DNA from: Klebsormidium nitens
Lineage: Eukaryota; Plantae; Klebsormidiophyceae
NCBI GenBank assembly: GCA_000708835.1
Contig: DF237618.1
Location: 1 to 45,252, forward strand
Length of the DNA: 45,252 nt
Direction of reading: 5' to 3'
The notes under the pieces are model-generated. The model saw only the letters and a list, made by a program, of their open reading frames with translations. It ran no database searches and was not told the origin of the DNA. The position numbers were made by a program, and so were the translations under genes. Below, one piece after another: positions 24,001 to 36,300 of the stretch (position 1 is the stretch's first letter; each line of letters begins with the position of its first letter).

Positions 24001-27000
24001 AAGTGAACTTCGGGAATCTCAGGCTTGAGCTAAGCGTCATCACTGCCACTGGTACGTGATAGTGCGCTTGACATTTCAGGATACTGGACGTCGTGAGAAG
24101 AGCGGTAATTCGTATTGATCACGGGCGTGGCACTGACTCTGCATCGAAAGAAACTTAAGAACGGAAGCACGTGGCAAAAGAAAGTCTACTCGCCGATTTG
24201 AGCTGTAGCATAAAAGACGGGTGTTTTCACGACCAAGCTGCGTTCGAGGCTTGAATTGTCTCTGCCCCAAAGAAAACAATGAACGGGTGAACGTCGACAG
24301 ACTAATATTCATGTGAATGTGAAAAAGCAGTACAAGCTTGGAGATTCAAAATACATTTACGAGGGCGTTATCCGAAAGCGGGCGTGAGCGTTTCGCTCAG
24401 AGGTGCTTATGTTCATGGCCGATTTGTTTCTGTTTGTGTTGGGAGGATAAGGCCTGATGCCTCAACCAGCTGCCCAGGATTGAGTCCGACCGTGGAAGCA
24501 GTTGCTTTGTGCCAAGACTCTGCTTTCTAGCAAGCGGAAAAACTCCTCTTTAAAGCGGAAGAAAACGTCCGTTGCACGAACTTGTAGTGAAGAAGAAAGC
24601 CGGTAAACTTGAGCAGCCTCGTCAGAAAGTCAAAGGAGCATTGGAAAACCGACCCAACCAACAATCTTTCCAATGAGGCCAACGACACTTGTATGGTGTT
24701 GGCTCTCAGCAACGTACTGGGCACAGAGGGTAGGCACTATGCCTCCCAAAAAAAAATGGAGATCTGAAGGAGAGAAGCAGCCACGACGTGACCACGACTG
24801 CCACACTCCCACTGGTCTAGCTTTGACTCTGTTCAACGAATGTTCGGCGTCGTTTCTCAGTGAACCCTGAGTCTTGGCTCAGAATTCGTCGACCATAGCC
24901 GCAGGATCAGTCATCCCGGACTTTTCCGGCAGGGAGGGAAACATGACAAGGTAACTCGAAACATCTGAGGACGCTTGACCATAATGACCATACTGCGTGC
25001 ACACCTGACGAGAGAACCTGCTGGCGAGCTTTCTTTCGCTCTCAGCAATGCGTTAGCTTGAGGCACCAGAAAACATTCAAAGACGTGCTGATGACGCATG
25101 GTAGGCGGCTTCCGATGGCATACAAAGATGAGTGAGCTTCTCGCTCACGTAGAAGTGGTCTTCCTTGCCAGGCCTTGAATTTCAGGTTACAGCTCGGAAG
25201 CGGTGTTTCGAATCTGGATGCAAGCAGAGTGGGAGCGGGCCCCAGCAAACCAGAGGCCAAGGACAATCAGGACCCGCACCGCCGTCAGGCCAGGAACACC
25301 GATGAACACCTCTCCGGCAGTCAATATGGGGCATGTCTTAGCTCCCCGCTGTTCAAAACCTCGTGAAGATCCATGATAGATCCAAAATAAAAGAAAGACC
25401 TTAAGTCGCGTCCATCCCAAAGGTACTTTCGATGAGCATCCGAAGGGGGTTTGGGGCCACCTAAACATCCCCGGAAAAAACGCACGAAGCCAATCGACCC
25501 AGACTCCGATTGAAAAGGCGTCGATCTGTTCGCGAAACATCAGTTCGACGACTGTTGAGCTTCTTCAAGGTTCAGGTTGAGAGTCCTTACTGCCAATGGT
25601 GATAGTGCCGTTGCGGAACAGATTGATGGAACTGGGCAACTATCAAAAGAACTCTGATTGACATTAACCCACAAGCGCGGCACGAGCTCTGCAACAAAGA
25701 AAGGGTCAAGGACGTCACCGTCAACGGAGTCGACTCGCTAGTCCGAGCTCTAGTGTCAGAGTTCGGGTTGTCTTTTTTGACCGGAGTACGATACAGGCTT
25801 GCTTTACTATCAGTGCAGAAGCAGCCAAGCAACCGAGTGAACGTGTGAAGCCCCGTTTGGATCCAAGTTTCGAGGAGCATGCGTGGAAGTTTCAGGTGAA
25901 AGGTTTGAAGAGGGCATTCCAATGTCGAAGCAGCCCTGTGAGCATTCCGCTCAAAGGCGCTTGTTTTCATGGCCCACATTGTTTGTTTTCATGGCCCACA
26001 TTGTTTCTGATCGGGTCAAGTTGCAGTCCAACCTTGGAAGCCAATGAGTTTCCTTTAGTAGGTGCTTCCTGGCATGCCTTAATTCTGCAAGCGACGACCA
26101 GGTCGGCAAAACACGTCCATGGGCAAACTTCTGCTGAAGCGCCCTCTCCAGTTGCAGCAAGGAAAAAGCAGGTCACTAATCCTTGACTGCTCCGGCCCCA
26201 TCTGATTGTCAGGGCGCAATCTCAAGACACAGAACCAACCGCATGCGCAGATTTAACGGGGCCAACGACCGCTGGAAATCGCATGGCCTTGACTGTCAGG
26301 CCATCGCCCGAAGCAGAGACAATTGGCCGCCATGCATCCCGCAACAGCAAGTTGTTGAGATCCGAAGTGAGAAAGTAACGCCCCCCCACAATCACTCCCA
26401 GGGCGTTACATTGTTCGTCAGTTCTTTTGACTAAGAATGATTCACGCAAAAGTCTTCGGCATTCCGAAACCTTACCTTGAGCTTTCCGCTCATGGGCTCG
26501 TTCGATCATAGCCGCACAATCAGCCGTTGAAACTATACCAAGCATTCTTTTTCTCCACTAGAGTCAGCCTTTCATGGGGGGACATATAGCATCAGATAGT
26601 CAGGCACAACGTTTGCACAACAAGTGAGGAGGCTTGTCCAAGCTTAGCTATCTTGAATTCATCATGATGCAATCTGATCCGACGAGAAGAACCCGCTCAC
26701 GAGCTCTCCCTATAAGCAACGCGTCGACCAGAGGCACCAGAAACTTTTTTGCACCCTTGCTAACCGCCGTGGTAGGCGGCTTCAGTCCTCTTATGACAAC
26801 TCTTGAGCTTCTAAAAGGCTCATGCAAACTGGATCGTCCTTGCCAGCTCAAACTCCAATCCCGGACTCAAACAAACAGTGAAAGCAGACTGTGGGGCAGA
26901 CATAACGAAGAGGATAGAGCGAACCGCATTTTATCCGGCCAGAAAGGTCATCCGACCGCCAACAGTGAGGCATCTCAGCTCCTTGGGTATCCAAAACGTG

Positions 27001-27250
27001 TCAGGCACACAACCGGCAGGATAAGATCTTCTCAGATGGTCTCTTGCTCAGCATCCGCAAATTGCGGCAGCGTAAGTTTCCACTTCTCACGAACATACGA
27101 GAGCACAACCTCCAAGAATTTGAGAACCATAAGGCCAAGTACCATGGCAAACTTTGATGACAAACAGATGCGTGCGGTTTCACTCTTGCAGCAGACAGGA
27201 GTTTTCAGCTGTCTCAATCTTTCACTTGTTTCAGATGTCAACACGAGCTT
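18100..27250 (-). pseudogene. Array of 3-4 diverged, frameshifted paralogous segments (decayed leucine-rich coding-like sequence; identity uncertain)
   Basis: Homologous blocks seen by eye: 18890-19350 with 22050-22510; 19665-19810 with 22565-22710; 20250-21990 with 22740-24390; 18640-18950 with 25005-25330 and (first part) 26680-26820; 18170-18470 with 26210-26520. Minus-strand frames share peptides (PLLTAGE, LL(S/N)QIEM, TLLGTRFSSSL, SK(R/L)VLL(L/F)HI(D/H)MNISL) with third-position differences but many stops and frameshifts. Confidence 0.55.
25961..26006. repeat. 22-bp tandem duplication
   Basis: TTGTTTTCATGGCCCACATTGT twice. Confidence 0.9.
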
Positions 27251-27328
27251 GGTGGACTTTCTCGGAACACCAGATTGGCAGTGTCAACGATTTTGCAAGC
27301 GATTCTGTCTTATCTACCTGCGTACAAG

Positions 27329-30300
27329 TCAGACTATGTAGAACTGCGAGTAAAGAAGGTCTCGAACTTTGTAGTAATCTTCCGACAACGCCCCTTCGAT
27401 CACGAGCTGCTGCTGCTGCGCAACCTGCACACAGACACAAGCGTCAGCGCAGTCGATAGGAACGATGCCGATTCTTGCTCGCCAACTTGTATGCTGCTTC
27501 CGCGGACGCCGTGTCTGTAAGGATGAAGCTCGTACGACTGGAATGTACAACTGTACCCAAGCGGATCCAGCTGATGCACAGGCAGCCTAATCAACGACCA
27601 GAAGCAGGTTCCTCAGTATGATTGATTCCTTCCAAGGAGTTGCTGTGCGATGAAGACGCTCCCAGGGGATCCCCAAAACAGTTGAAAAACGAGAGGTTCT
27701 GATTTCAACTCTTCCGCTGCGGACGTCTTTCACACGACCACTGGCGTTTGATCCTTGAGCAGTGCGCCGACCGCTTGAAAGTGCTGAGACCCTCAAAGCA
27801 TTATAGGCCCTCGTCTAAAAAGGGTAAAGTACTCGAAGCTCAAAGCAAAGTTCTTACAAACCCAAAAGGAAGGCGCCCGCCTTTCAGACGTCCGGGTGGT
27901 TCCAACAGAACAAAAGCCCTCTTCGCATAGTTCTCGTACCCCTTGTAATCCTTTGACAGCCGATGCAAAAGAGACTACAGTACAGCTTAATCACCCGGCG
28001 CAAGAAACGCAAAGCGCACAGTGCCCTATGAGAGCCGTCTGCTGACCTTTCGGACGACCACGTGCTTCCCGCAGTGCAACGCGCCGTCCACAAACTTCCC
28101 CTTATCACTTATCCACCTTTTCAAAACAGTGCAAAGCACCTAGTACTATAAGGGGTCCAACACTTTCAGAGACTGCGACAAGACGAAAACCGCAAAAACA
28201 AAGGAACCGTCCGCTGACCTTCCGGACGACCACGTGCTTGCCGCAGTGCAGCGCGCCGTCCGCAAAGCGCGCGGGCACGCCCGCGCTCGCGAGCACTTGC
28301 CGGAAATCGGACAGCTTCACCTCCCCCACGAGAACGGCCTTGTGGCCCGGGGCGTCACCCCCCCGAAGCGGGAGCAGCGGCAAAAGTTGACTTTTTTCTA
28401 CGGCGCCGTACTCCGTGGTCTGCTCCTGCGTTTCCGGGGGGCCGACTTGGGAGTCGACCCAGCCGACCTCGTAGTCGCCCATCTGGAGGGAGAGGAGGTG
28501 AGAAGGTTCGGCGCCGGGTCAAGAAAATCAAAAGTCGGTTGAGAAAGTTGAAGGTGGACCGTGCTGAGCGGGAATACTATGCACTGTCCTCGTCAACCTG
28601 CTTTTGTGAATTCAAGCGATACAATCTCTCGTGAATAAGGCACACATTATAGGGGCATTGCGCTTTTTGGGAGGGGCTGGGGCAGATTTCAGGGAATAGG
28701 TGAAAACGTCTTTGAAAACTAGCATTATCGACAGTCCGACGGGGGGATCGTAGCTCGATGGTTGCGCGTCGGATTTCGGTGGCTGAATTAGACACAGCCG
28801 AAATTGCAAACGACTAAGAAAGTGTTACGACCGTATTTAGTCAGATTGCGAGACCGTTTCAGAGTCATTTCATGCAATCTCTTGACGGAGGATCCCAGTT
28901 GCTAGAGGGGGGCCAAAGGGAGATCAACAAAAGACCCTCGTCTCAGCTTCCTCTCCTTGAGAGCAGCACCTTCGACGGGAAACAAAAGAAGGTTGACCTG
29001 CGGAAAGAGCAAAGTCTGTCCGCTGTGCAACGCGGGCTGCAAGCTAGTATAGGGCGGCTCACCTTTCGAAACGTGACCCCACTCATCATTTCCTCCGTCA
29101 GCTTGACCCGGTACGCACCAACCGCTGACGACACGTCCACCCACTGGTTGACGTCAGGAGTGTGTACGGACGCGCCGCTCTTGCTCTCACAAAAGCGCCG
29201 CAGGTTTTCCGTCGCCTCTCTGGTTCCGTGCACAAGGATCTGTAGAACCCGAAATGGGTTTAGCTCGTTTTCCGCTTTCAAATTTGGATACCGACCGTGA
29301 GGCAGAGTGGCTTCGCCAAGCTCTGTGCTGACATTGACAAAGTTGCAAGTAGGGGTTTGCGCAAGAATCGATTCTACAGCTCTACAAGGTGTTTCTTCGG
29401 AGTTCCGCGAGTTTCAGACGAAGTGCATCTCCAACGAAGATCCAGATCCCCGACCGGTCCGCTTCCCCGCAGAGACAGAATTTGCAACAACACGTTACGC
29501 CGAAGATACAAACTGAAACCGTCAAGCCTCACTAGCAGCAAGTCGCGTCTCTCGCAAACCGGCAGGGAATGATCCTGCATCAACGGCCCAACCCTCACCG
29601 TTTTGATTGGCGCCACGTGTTCGATGATGTTTTTCATTGAACGGCCGTCGGGGCGCCCCTCCATGTCGACGTAACGCACCTTGCATCGGACGTCCAACTG
29701 CAGCCAACGGACAGACGGGCAGAACTCAGGTGCGGACACAGGCAGTGCGTGTACGAAACCTCAAAGAGAAAATTTAAGCTTTCCCACACGGTTCCAAGAC
29801 CAGATAAGCTCGTCCAGACAGGCAATGATCCCTTTTTTCCAAAGTGAACACTAGCTCGATATGCCAGAAACTTAGTATCTCATCTGTTTGTTCGATCGTA
29901 ACGTTTTACTCGGCCTGAGCGGTGAAGGCATGGACGTAACGAATGTCAGCAGGTGACCAGACAAGAGTTAGAGCCTTTGATTTTGAAAGCAGAAGCAAAA
30001 GCGGATGAATGATTGACGAGGTCAGACCCATGCCGCGCGTGAGAGCGTGAAAAGCAATATTGGGCGGGGGTGCAAACCGAAAATAGAGCGCGAGAAGCGA
30101 AAGCAAATCACTGGTGACTTGCTCGCCGGACAATCGGGATTCACTTACTGCAAGCGCAGATCTTAGATGGCCCTCAATCACTCGACGTTCTAGCTTTACC
30201 AAGTACGAAGCAAAATGTCAAACGTTACATGTCTCTTAGAAGTGCACCCTCCTCACCTCTACTTGTTTCGTTACCACCTTGGAGGGCCGGTCGTCGATCA

Positions 30301-33300
30301 ACATAGGGTCTTCCTCCGGGACTGCTTCCGGTTCCGGCGCCGCTGCCCTTCCGCCCTGGGCTTCCGCCTGCACAGGAGAACCGACACCGTTTTGAAACGC
30401 TGCAGCAGCAACATTCATCCCACATTTGTGGGTGAGCACTCGTCAAAAAGCACGAGAATCGAGTGAAGGCTGGCTTTTTGAGGATCAGGGACGTCTGATC
30501 CCGGCAGAGGTTGCACCATAGTTCGCTGAGGCGTTAGAGCATTGAGAGTCAATCTTGCTGGCACATGTTGCTAAGGAAAGGCAGACTGAAATGAAAACTC
30601 CAGGACACTTGATGACGCCATCTGACCAGCCTTTCCGAAATCTAATAAGGGGTCGCCGAAAACGAACGGAAACGGAGATGACGGCCTCAGAAGAGATCGC
30701 TCCTTGGATGAGGAGATCCTCAGGGTTTGATGAATTCATGGCCGTTCCGCTGCACCCATCAGCTGCGACTGGTGACATGGCCGATCGAAGCTATGGAAGG
30801 TTGTGGCTTAATCGCGCTCACATCCTGGAGCTGTCACGCTAAACTCGGAAAACGCTAGATCCTGCCAGCTGGCTTTGATGCAAAAGTGCAAAGCCGCAAA
30901 ATTCTCAAGAAATAGGCAAAACCGACATTTGCCTACAAGAGTTGATTTCAGCAATGTACAGCCTGAACAATGAGCACAAAAAGGCCGTAGAAAAACAGAT
31001 GTTCTGTCCTTGACGGTTTTTAAGCGAAAGAGGCTTTTGCCGTGCTATGGCGTCAGACTGCGGTTTGTACACGAGAATGCCCTTGCGCTGAAGCACAAGG
31101 CTGGATGCGTCATTGCCTACGCATGACACGAAAAGAAGAAAACCATTTCAACAAAAATTTCAAAGGAAAGAAAGACAAAGACAGTCGTCCTCAATTGGAG
31201 TGATGAGCGATGCGGAACAGGGGGAATCCGTAACAAAGATATTTCAGGCGGTCCAAGCACTTTGCGTACGTAGCAGTGTTGTTGAACGCTCACATATTTT
31301 GATCGAGAAAGCAACTGATTTGCGATGAGCACTGTAAGACGTTGCTGAGAAGCGAACAACGGAGCGGCGCTCTCGACTAGATTCCCAAAATCCCAGTTGA
31401 GAGCCCCATCAACACAAGGAGCATCAGAAGTGATGCTCTGCGGTCGTATGATGAAAACGGAACTGCTCACTAGAATGCGCCGGCTTCAGTCCCTCGGGTC
31501 CTGTAAGAGACTCGGTCGATTCATTCCAAACTCTACCGCGGCATAGTAACTCGGTAGTTCGGTTTACAATCTTTCAAATGCTCATTGCTTCATCTACCAC
31601 TTATAAAGCTCAGTATTTGGCCAGTGTCTCTTCGCGCACTTTAGGATAACAAGACGACCTCCCTGCAGTCAAGAAGCACGCCGAATGCCACTGCAAAAAG
31701 ACGTCTGGCTGTTTGACGGCTCGGACCGATGAGAGGAAGACTGACGCATAGCGCATCATCAACCTACGTGCGTCATGGCCGTCGCCTTGAATCAAGATGC
31801 GAGATCCTCGATTGAACACTCGGCATCAGACTGAGCGATAGCCTGCCGGTCCCATCTTGAATAGCTCAGCACTGAGGGGTTTTCCAAAGGCAGGCGGTCA
31901 ACCAGAACTCCAATTCTTCTCACAAAAATTTTGTTCCGAAACAGCAGGCCAAGGGAGGGCACTACCTTGCAAACGAAGGGGCATTCGGCGTGCTTCTTGA
32001 ATTACGTGCATTAAAGGCGCAAATTAGCTTTGCCCCTTGGACGTGCCGAAGCTGTCTCTGGAATGCCAGGAGCAACCTTCCTGAGTAGTTGAGAACAGGC
32101 CGCTGGGCGGCAAGCTCAGAACGTGGAAAGAGTCGGCCCCGTGCGAAATGAGCAAGGAATAGTTGCCCGCATTCCTCCTGCGACAGCTAGTGCTAAGCTC
32201 AAGCGCCCAAAACGAGTTTCGTCATTGCCGTCTTCACCTCGCCCATCAGGGGGCATTGGAAAAACTACACAAAATCACCCTCGACTTCACCGCAACAGAC
32301 TTATGCGGAGGCAGGCGATGCAGCGCTCAAATCTGCGAGGTGCAAATCATCAGTGCCGAGAACCCTGCTGGGATTGGACAACTTAAGACAGATCACTACG
32401 TCCTTTGCAGCCTTTCCGGAGCAGGTGGGGCAGAGTTCGAGATCCTTAGAGGGCGAATCCCTCTGAAAGCCTCTATATGTTCAATAGCTTGTTAGGGTGG
32501 CGAGCCAGTCCCCAACTCGACAAAGGTTGGACGAAAACAATAATGCTTGTCAGTCAACTAATAAATGGGGGCTCCAATAAGTCTGCACGCTAGGAGGCGT
32601 GAGACAACGATGCCTCAAGCATTACTGGACGTTGTCGTTGCCTCGATTCGCCACTGAAGAATCCAGTCCGACAAAATACAGATTCTTTATTGACCTGCTG
32701 GCCTTACTGCCTCAGCTCATCAAATCTAGAGATTCACCAACACCCTCTAGATCTGCGAGCTTTGAGGTGGGCCAGCAACTATGACACTGATGTCTGCCAG
32801 AGACACAGGCAAACCCGTTGTACTGTTGAATCCCTCAAGCACGCAATCCCTTGATGCCATCAAGCAGCTTAGACCGAATAGACGACCGCAAGGAAATGCT
32901 GACACGCACAGGCAGAAACGGCTTCACGGGTTGCTTCGCTGCATTGAGCCAAAGCGGTCACGGCACACAACTCAATCATTGCCTTTCTCTTTGCACACGG
33001 TGCCTAGACCAATGTAACGACCTTGTTGAACGACCTTTCGTTGCAAGAGGGCGTAAGAAATCCGTAGGACTGACGACCAGACTATACAGGGATGGGCATC
33101 CTGAATCACAATTATTCAAACTTTCCAAAAGTGCTGAGCAATTTAGAAGCTTTCCTTTCCAGGAAAACCTCAGTCATCTGTAGAGCACAACGTGCTCGAA
33201 GTAGGCCAAACATTTATATCAGATTGGGAGACTTGAATGCTGCGCAGAACGCACCAGAAAGCGCGACTTTACTGTAGGCTGTTTGAAATGCTAGGTCTCC

Positions 33301-36300
33301 ACACTTCCTTCAAGGTCCAAAGCCAGGTCTTTCACATCAGAATAATATTGAAAAGTCTGCCTGGCACCTCTTTGCGATATCAAGCTATGGTCGACGGCTC
33401 GACTCTACATGCAAGCTGACTTGTGGGCATCTAACCCATCGAAAATGGTCAACCCTGCCTCGTCCAACAAGCGAAGAATCTGAAGTAGGAAATCTAATGT
33501 AGAATTCCGTAAAGGGGGGGGGGGGGGGAGCCAGGGGGGGGGAGGCATCGCCTGCAGAATGACCAAACAAAGGATCCTGGCATCCACCCGCATCCAGGAC
33601 ACAATGAGACGGGGCATACTTTGGACTGCTGTAGAAGAGGATGATGATCCGGAATCAGAGGATGGGAAGTGTGGCTGGGCCTTGCACTCGACCTCCTAAA
33701 TCGTCATTGCCTGCTAAATCGTCATTGCCAGCGAAACCACGTCAATGACGTGCGCCAGACATTATAACCTTATAACATTATGAGCTTTTGTTGCACAATT
33801 CTTCGCATCTCACATGCTTGAGTTCCAGCCGCCACTGGAGGACTTATCAGAGTCCTGCTAGCTAGAGATTTGCACAGAGATTCGCAGATGAGGGCTCCAA
33901 CCTAGCAGGAGATCGTGCTTGAAGAAAGCTTCCACGGCCTAGATGAGAAGAGTCCACAGCAAGGATAATCTGTTTGCAAAGCCCGAACTCTGTCCGGAAG
34001 GGGCCACTGCCAAACCAAAAACTATCTAATGAATAGTAAAGAGAAGAGCTTGCACGGCCTCGTTAGGGGCCTGTCAAAAGCTGTGACACTTCACCAGGAT
34101 GGGCTCGAGCTGCTGACATCCATCTCTGAACAAAGTGCAATCCAACGATTCGTTGAATGTCCGTCTTTTGATGGCTTCGAGAGAGGAGACGTGTCTGAGC
34201 GTACTTTCCTCGAAACGACAATTCATCATCGCCATCACCTCCATTTCCACCAGACCGCTAGCCGCTTTCCGGTTTTTGTATCCAATCCGAGTCATGGAAC
34301 TTCAACGATTTGACAGGTCCCCCACATCCGCTAATCACAAGAAGCTCCACAAACTTTTTCGTCGGGGCTTGAGACCATAAGTAGAAAGTTCGCCGAACTT
34401 TGACCAGATAAATATGAAACGATATTCCACTTGGAAACACTGCCATGATGTTTTTTAAAGTGGCTTGTTGACAGACCAAACACCACATGCGCAACGAGTC
34501 GCCACAAGCTGTAGAAGCTATCATGAAAGAAAGGCGGCGCAAGATGAGAACCTCGAAAGGGGGAATTTTGTCCACTAGGCTAAGCTGGTCGGCAAAATGG
34601 TCAATGGCACGGCACAAACGCAGGTTCTTTACCCTGGGGAGGTCGGACGCCATGGCTTCCACACGGTCCACAGTCAAACCTTGTTTCCATCGCGCCTTAC
34701 AGAAACCTGTATTGCTGGTCTTCTGTACCTTGGCACTTAGGTGGTCCAGAGCGGAATAAGTAAATGGCTTCAATGCCCAAGTTCCACTGCGCTCTTTACG
34801 CAACAGGGGCTTGAAATCACCGCCACTTCAACAATCTGACCCAAAATCCCTCTATTTTAAATCATTAACTACAGTAAACATTATTTTCGATTATTAATTA
34901 CAGTTAAGAAGTTAACTATAATGGCCCGACAACTTTTTTGGCCCCAAAAGAATAAATTGGATAGTAGGCTTCGAAGCCTTTTGTAAACAGATAGTCAAAG
35001 TCGTAACTGGGTTCAGTGACTAAGACTGGCTGCAAAGCAAGACAATAGTTGCTTGGATTTATGATCCTCTCGCTTCGCAAACTGCGGGCTCAAGACTGGT
35101 ACACTGTGTTTGTAATCTGGTTCTGAGTACCAGCAGCTGACGAGCCAGATGTCGCATTCAAGAATACTTGCAGAGATGTGGCACAGACTCAAGGGCAACG
35201 ATGTCAAAATCAATGTCACGGCGTCAGCGCAGCATATGGTTTACTCCACGCTTGAGCTTTACGCTCGTGCAAACAAGGATTACGGCCAGTGGGTCTAGCA
35301 GCAGATGGTCTATCAAAGTCACGACGATCCGCAGCAGGCCACTCATATGTGCGCGTTTTCAGCTTACAAGCTGGGAACTCTAATGGCAAATCAGCTCGTG
35401 AGCTTCAATCAGACGGCCAAAGACTCCGCAAGCACAGTGGGCTGAATTGATCAGGGAAAGGTCGAAGGGGGTACCTAAAGTTTCGCATGTCTACCTTCGG
35501 ATGATTTAACATCCTACCAGTCAGGCGTGCGGACTGATCAACAGTACGAACTTTTTGTGAGGTCCTAGATGCCAGGAAGACGCGCACAGAAAAGAACAGT
35601 GATGTCAAAGGTGAACAAAGGCGCTAAAAAGATGGAGTTAGGTTGAGTGTCACCACATCAAGAGCGTGCAGTCATATCGTCCATCTCGAGTGGAGACCTC
35701 AACATGGACCCGAAACATTACTGCTGTTTGCGTCAAACTTGGCATCCGAGCTCGGATCGAAACGCGCGTTCCTCGATCGCGGATCGCAATGTCGGTTCCC
35801 TAAAGTACCCCCCCGGAAGGACTCCCGATGCCAAACCATTGACCGTCACCAAGGACTTTAGTCGGCCGAACTACACGTAACGTTTTCAGGGGGAATGTCT
35901 ATCAAGGATCGGGGAACGACTTCGCGACTCGAGATTGAAAAACCGCGCGTTTCGATCCGAGCTCGGGTGCCAAGTTTGACGCAAACAGCAGTAGCTCCTT
36001 CAAATGTTCGCCAGAAATAAGAGCGATCATTCTCGCCCTGACTTCGCTGAGCTCTTTGCTCTTGCACTGAAAATATCATCGCCCTTGCAAACAACCAAAG
36101 TAAGCGCGGTGCTGGCAAGATTTACGGTAAATATCCAAATGTCATTGGACACCTCGTGAAGAGATCGTGACAGCTGCTCTTGTGGTGTTTTTGGTATAAG
36201 GCCGCAGTTCCCTTGCGCACGAAATGCTCGTGAGTTCGTTTGCGCTGCATGTGGCCTTGAGGGCACCGAATGAGCGCGACTGGCAGAACGACCAACCCGA

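Noticed and set aside
26634-27341. Longest ORF in the track (235 aa, plus strand)
   Set aside because: No recognisable domain, Ser/Thr/Arg-rich composition, and antisense to decayed leucine-rich fragments and the CPSF100 stop. Most likely a shadow ORF.
34914-34929. TAACTATAATGGCCCG resembling the I-CeuI/LSU rRNA site
   Set aside because: Short imperfect match in an AT-rich patch with no flanking rRNA sequence.
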